From Candidatus Woesearchaeota archaeon (GTDB lineage: Archaea > Nanobdellota > Nanobdellia > Woesearchaeales > UBA119): a stretch of 64,000 nt of DNA. Each line of letters begins with the position of its first letter. Position 1 is the stretch's first letter. A program made the position numbers and the translations under genes. Positions 59,458 through 64,000 of this stretch are shown here, in pieces. Location of the stretch: assembly GCA_035363095.1 (NCBI GenBank), contig DAOSEK010000003.1:8597-72596 (forward strand). The letters are read 5' to 3'. Under the pieces are notes generated by a model. It made no database searches. It worked only from the letters and a program-made list of their open reading frames with translations, and had not been told where the DNA came from.

Positions 59458-59554
59458 GATATCATGAAATCCTGCATCATTTCGCATACTTTGGTCAATA
59501 GAAAAGCATACCTCGTTTTGAAAAACGAGGACTCGGTACGCTTTTCTATAAATC
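59458..59554. repeat. Modular hairpin repeat family, copy 14 (arm module only)
   Basis: atgaaatcctgcatcatttcgcatactttggtcaatagaaaagcatacctcgttttgaaaaacgaggactcggtacgcttttctataaatca. Confidence 0.9.
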
Positions 59555-59676
59555 AGGGCTTAAAAGACTTATAGGACTTTTTTAATAATTTGTTAAAAAC
59601 CTGTTAAAAAAAGTTGTTAAACTATTTAAGAGTAGTAAATTAACTATTTAAAGGAGGATTTCTACTATTTGGATAG

Positions 59677-60936
59677 ATGGCTTTTGAAAACGTGTTTGGC
59701 AAAGGAAAGAAGGAATTGATTGAGGAATGGAGATTTAATTCAAAAAATCCAATTGTCTCCTCATTAGTTGCTTCCAATCTCTCAAATAATGGAGAAAATT
59801 TAATCATATTTGGCACTAAAAGTGGTCAGGTTTTCGCAATAAGTGATAAGTCTGAAATAAAATGGTTATACAAAATCAAAAGGAATATTGATAAAATTCA
59901 AGCGTTCTTCGTTGATGAAACAAGGGATAATTCTATATATGTAAAACCATTTGCATACGACATTAATAATGATGGGAAAAAAGAGATTTTAATTGGCTCA
60001 GATTCAGGAGAGGTTATATGCCTTGATATTAATGGAAAAGAGCTATGGAAGTTTGAAACCCAAGGCAAGATTAGAGGAATGCCCTTTGTTGCAGAAACAT
60101 CAAAGGGACTTATGGTGGTTGTAACCTCAACAAAAGGCAAGATTTTTTGGCTTGATGTGAACGGAAATATAGTTGATGAAAGACAAGTTGAATCAGGGAT
60201 TGAATCCACTCCACTGTTTTTTAAAGATAATGGAAAAGATAGGTTAGTATTCGGATCAAATGATGGTTATATATATTGCTTTAATGAGCAAAAAGAAGTA
60301 TTATGGAGATATAAAACACAAGGAAAGGTAAGTGCAAGACCTGTTATCACAAATCTTGATACGAAAGATAAGATATTCATAATCATTGGTTCTCATGATG
60401 GTTTTTTGTATGCTTTAGATTCTTTTGGAAACTTTCACTGGAAGTTTAAAACTCAGGATAAGATAGTAAACGAAATTGCACTTGCTGATTTTAATAAAGA
60501 TGGAATTCCAGAAATTGTGTTTTGTTCTTATGATTCAAATATCTATGCACTTAATGCAAGTGGGGATTTAATTTGGAACTATCAAACAGATTTCTGGATT
60601 GAAGAAAGACCAATTATTGAAGATATTGATAATGATGGAAATCAAGAAGTGATTGTAGGTTCATATGACCATTCATTGTATATTTTAGATGCACAAGGCT
60701 CATTTTTACTTAACTACGTTCCAGGTATATCAAAGTTATCTAACCAAGCAGGTCATTTTAGTGATTTTGTAACAAGTGATCCGGGACAATATAAAGGAAA
60801 AAAATTGGCAAAAGAAGACCTTGGTGGAATTGTAATTGGAACAGATCTTATAATCGATAAAAACAAAAAAAAATGGATTATTGTTGCCGTGAAGAATGGT
60901 GACATTCAAAAATTTGAATTCAAAACAAAAGGTTAA
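59677..60936 (+). CDS. PQQ-like beta-propeller repeat protein (cytoplasmic; no signal peptide)
   Basis: Repeated SDSGEVICLD..GKELWKF / SNDGYIYCF..KEVLWRY / SHDGFLYALD / SYDSNIYALN / SYDHSLYILD blades. Confidence 0.7.
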   Translation: MAFENVFGKGKKELIEEWRFNSKNPIVSSLVASNLSNNGENLIIFGTKSGQVFAISDKSEIKWLYKIKRNIDKIQAFFVDETRDNSIYVKPFAYDINNDGKKEILIGSDSGEVICLDINGKELWKFETQGKIRGMPFVAETSKGLMVVVTSTKGKIFWLDVNGNIVDERQVESGIESTPLFFKDNGKDRLVFGSNDGYIYCFNEQKEVLWRYKTQGKVSARPVITNLDTKDKIFIIIGSHDGFLYALDSFGNFHWKFKTQDKIVNEIALADFNKDGIPEIVFCSYDSNIYALNASGDLIWNYQTDFWIEERPIIEDIDNDGNQEVIVGSYDHSLYILDAQGSFLLNYVPGISKLSNQAGHFSDFVTSDPGQYKGKKLAKEDLGGIVIGTDLIIDKNKKKWIIVAVKNGDIQKFEFKTKG

Positions 60937-60938
60937 AG

Positions 60939-61763
60939 GTGAAAATCATGGGAATTCCTTTAGTAAGTGATAAAAATGAGATCATAAGGGTCAAGACGTA
61001 TGTCGAAGGTTTGGATGAGGTTATGCAGGGAGGTATTCCTAAGGGGCATGTAATTTTAGTTTCAGGAACTAGTGGTACTATGAAATCTTCTCTTTCTTTT
61101 GTAACACTTTATTATAATGCACTTGAAAAGCGAAATTGCGTTTATCTTTCACTTGAACAATCCTACATCTCACTTATCAATCACATGGTAAATCTTGATT
61201 TGGACCTATCAAAAATTAATATGATCATTACAACAGATATTTCAAAGCTTGAAACTAGGTCTCAAGAGGCAAAAAACTCAAAAAAAGGGAATTTGTTTGT
61301 AATAGATCTTGCAGCCTTAAGAAAAGAGATTAAGGACACAAAAACCGGAGAGAGCGGGAATTGGGTAAATGTTATACGAAATGTGATTAAAAAGGTCAAG
61401 GAATATATAACTTTAGATATACTTGTAATAGATTCTTTATCAGCACTTTATGTTCTTTCAAACTTCGTGAATCCAAGAGTTGAGTTATTCCACGTATTTG
61501 AATTCTTAAGAGATGAAGGCATCACAACGTTTCTAATATCAGAAATGCCCCTTGACAAATCAAAGTTTGGTGATTATGAGATTGAGGACTATTTATCTGA
61601 TGGAATCATTCTTGTAGAAAGAACAGAAAAGTATAGAAAGGTAGTAAGGTCTATTTCAATTGTAAAGATGAGGGCAACTAAATGTGATTTGGATGTGTAT
61701 TCACTTGAATATACTGATCGAAAATTCAGAGCTCTTTACGGAGGTCAGCCACCACTCGTATAA
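60939..61763 (+). CDS. RecA-superfamily ATPase, KaiC/RadA-like single domain
   Basis: GIPKGHVILVSGTSGTMKSSLS (Walker A) ...LDILVIDSLSAL (Walker B); starts 3 nt after the PQQ gene stop. Confidence 0.65.
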   Translation: MKIMGIPLVSDKNEIIRVKTYVEGLDEVMQGGIPKGHVILVSGTSGTMKSSLSFVTLYYNALEKRNCVYLSLEQSYISLINHMVNLDLDLSKINMIITTDISKLETRSQEAKNSKKGNLFVIDLAALRKEIKDTKTGESGNWVNVIRNVIKKVKEYITLDILVIDSLSALYVLSNFVNPRVELFHVFEFLRDEGITTFLISEMPLDKSKFGDYEIEDYLSDGIILVERTEKYRKVVRSISIVKMRATKCDLDVYSLEYTDRKFRALYGGQPPLV

Positions 61764-61930
61764 TCCCTCATTGTTTTTTTGTTATATTAATTCTTATTAG
61801 ACTACAATGCTTAGATTGTAGGAGTATTTTTCAAATAGAATTTTTTTGAGTATAATGTATAGATCTGTTTAACTTGGATGATTTGTTATTCGATTTATTC
61901 TTAATATCATCGTCATCGCTACTTTTTATC

Positions 61931-61984
<54 letters not shown>

Positions 61985-62073
61985 GCCACAATATGGTTGA
62001 ACAATAATTAGTTTTTATACTACATAAATAGGTATTAGGTAACTTTTTAAATAGAAAAGATTTATGATTTAAT

Positions 62074-62712
62074 ATGGTTCAAAATAAAAAGAAAGACACT
62101 ATAAAAAAGAAAGGCACAAAGACTCCTTTTGAAAAGTCATCAATAAATTCCTCATTAATTGACCCTCAAGAGATAATGGAAGATAAAAATTCTTTAAAAG
62201 ATATTCAAGATAAACTAACAAAGCCTAAAAGTCTTTTAGGTACAAATGCTTTAATTTCTAAGCGAGTATTAGCCTTTTTAATAGATATAATCATTATTTC
62301 ACTATTGATTTTACCTGCATATCTTCCAGTCGCAAATGATTATCAAGGACTTAGTTTTGAGCAAATAGGCCAAAAGGTGGAAAGTGATCAATATCTTTTG
62401 ATGCTTCCATTTTATGCAGGGCTTATTGCTTTTTTTTACTTCACGCTTTTGGAGTATAGTTTCTCTCAAACCTTTGGAAAAAAAGCATTTGGAATTTATG
62501 TAGTCAATCTTGAAGGTAAAATGACTTTTGGCAAAGCATTATTACGTTCTGTTCTATTTTTAGATATCCCTTTTTTTGGTTTATTAAGGGCATTTGATTT
62601 TGGGTATGCATTGTTTAATCCAAACAACCAAAGGCTTTTAGAGCAATTTTCAAAAACAAAATCTATCCAATTTTATACATTAAACAAAGAGCAAGTAAAT
62701 TTAGGAGCATAA
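62074..62712 (+). CDS. RDD-family membrane protein
   Basis: ISKRVLAFLIDIIIISLLILP (R-x-x-A-x-x-ID) followed by TM segments. Confidence 0.45.
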   Translation: MVQNKKKDTIKKKGTKTPFEKSSINSSLIDPQEIMEDKNSLKDIQDKLTKPKSLLGTNALISKRVLAFLIDIIIISLLILPAYLPVANDYQGLSFEQIGQKVESDQYLLMLPFYAGLIAFFYFTLLEYSFSQTFGKKAFGIYVVNLEGKMTFGKALLRSVLFLDIPFFGLLRAFDFGYALFNPNNQRLLEQFSKTKSIQFYTLNKEQVNLGA

Positions 62713-62715
62713 TAT

Positions 62716-63639
62716 TTATTCTTTCATTATTCTGCAAAACCTGCAGACCTCTGTTGAAGTTGGAAATCCACAACTTTTGCAGAGAATCAGGGTTCCAGAG
62801 GTTTTTTGTTTTTGTTTCACATTGGAAATAGGGATTGACTCAAGAGATTTCAGAAAGCCTTCTTTTAATTTATTAACACTTTTTAGAAAGGCTAGCTTTT
62901 TATCCTTGGAATCTAAAAGGTAGGATATCTTTTTTTTCATAATCACTTGTGTGCTTTCTTTAGAATAAGGACATTCGTCCATATAATGTGGCAAGTTATT
63001 TATTAAACAATATATTGTACTTTCTTTCTCAGTTAGATTATAAAGTGGCTTGGCCCTGCCAATCAATCTTTTTTCTTTTTCAGTTTTTGTGATTTTTCCA
63101 CTCCTTAAGAAATAATCAAGATGCTGGTTTGAAAGGTTGTTTATAGTAAAATATAGTTCATCATCAAGATTATGCCCTGTTAACACATAATCAAAATCAT
63201 TATCAAACGCAAATCTATTCATAATGTATCTTTTTATTGTACCACAAACAGAACATACATTCTTTGTTGATTTTGCAATGTTATCAATGTCTTTTGGGTA
63301 ATCTGATAATCTTACAAGGTTTAGTTTAACATCACACATAGAGCAAAGCTTTTGGATACTGGAAATTGATTTTTCAGAGTAATTCATTATTCCAAGGTCT
63401 ATATAAAATGCTTCCGTTTCAAAAGGCACCTTTTTTTCTATTTGAGATAATGAATACATTAGAGCAGTTGAGTCTTTTCCGCCACTAATAGCAACTAGAA
63501 GTTTTTTATCCCTAAATAACACACTATCCATTACTTTTTTTACTTTTTTTTCAAAATAACTCTTAAAATGCTTCTTGCAAAGCCTTTTATCTGAATAGAT
63601 TGAATTTGACTTACAAAGCGAACATCTCATACTTATCAC
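62716..63639 (-). CDS. tRNA thiolation PP-loop ATPase, TtuA/Ncs6(NcsA) family
   Basis: N-terminal zinc finger CSLCKS...CKKHF, PP-loop LVAISGGKDSTAL, CSVCG, and C-terminal CKSCGFPTS..CRFC. Confidence 0.7.
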   Translation of the reverse strand: MISMRCSLCKSNSIYSDKRLCKKHFKSYFEKKVKKVMDSVLFRDKKLLVAISGGKDSTALMYSLSQIEKKVPFETEAFYIDLGIMNYSEKSISSIQKLCSMCDVKLNLVRLSDYPKDIDNIAKSTKNVCSVCGTIKRYIMNRFAFDNDFDYVLTGHNLDDELYFTINNLSNQHLDYFLRSGKITKTEKEKRLIGRAKPLYNLTEKESTIYCLINNLPHYMDECPYSKESTQVIMKKKISYLLDSKDKKLAFLKSVNKLKEGFLKSLESIPISNVKQKQKTSGTLILCKSCGFPTSTEVCRFCRIMKE

Positions 63640-63863
63640 AACATAAGAATTTTCTTATTGAATTTAAAATTAACTAAAAGAAAAGATATAACGTGTCTAC
63701 ATGTAAAAGGCCCCATGTAAAAGGCCCCACATAAAAGACCTTTAATCTAAAAAAATAGCGCAACCACATTTAATTGCATAAAACACAAAAATTTTGCAGG
63801 TGATTTTTATATTTGAAAATATAAATACATTTCCAAACAACTAAAAACCACTTTTTTATTTTT

Positions 63864-64000
63864 TACTTTCTACCAAGGGTTATTTCTATTGTAGAGACTC
63901 TAACGTCTTTACCTTCAGTATTTTGAAAGCCTTCAGAATCGATCTTAATGGATTTAACCTCAACTTGTCCATCCAAAAATCTCTTTGAAGCCACTTCTGA
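63864..64000 (-). CDS. C-terminal end of an unidentified protein (ORF continues beyond window)
   Basis: Minus-strand frame reads ...SEVASKRFLDGQVEVKSIKIDSEGFQNTEGKDVRVSTIEITLGRK* with stop at 63864-63866. Confidence 0.3.

Noticed and set aside
63700-63760. Short direct repeat catgtaaaaggcccca x2
   Set aside because: It has only two copies of a 16-mer, with no flanking structure or relation to the main repeat family. It is likely a chance or slippage duplication.

Overview
AT-rich (about 30% GC by eye) chromosomal segment of an archaeon. Archaeal hallmarks are TFIIB, a class-I CCA-adding enzyme, an NMD3-like zinc-ribbon protein, a Dph2-like protein, and type IV pilin-like proteins with class III signal peptides. 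Several genes look bacterial in type: a type-I GAPDH, a Q-type tRNA-guanine transglycosylase, MutS/MutL, RadC and a DEAD-box helicase. The lineage cannot be named from sequence alone; a DPANN-like or other low-GC archaeon is plausible. Other housekeeping genes are SMC, enolase, a U32 peptidase, a TtuA/Ncs6-type tRNA thiolase and one tRNA-Arg(TCG). Between these sit clusters of secreted or surface proteins: an N-glycosylation-sequon-rich paralog family next to HTH regulators, three tandem pilins, and four tandem membrane-protein paralogs. The most unusual feature is a dense family of modular, hairpin-rich interspersed repeats of about 100-570 bp. At least 14 copies occupy most of the longer intergenic regions, adding up to several percent of the window. 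Each is assembled from the same two or three modules, which carry three similar CCTCG-N3-TAAA-N3-CGAGG stem-loops and a 13-bp outer palindrome around a TATA-like core. The layout resembles bacterial BOX/BIME/Correia-type mosaic elements and appears to be a previously undescribed element family here. No CRISPR array, rRNA or obvious transposase gene is present.
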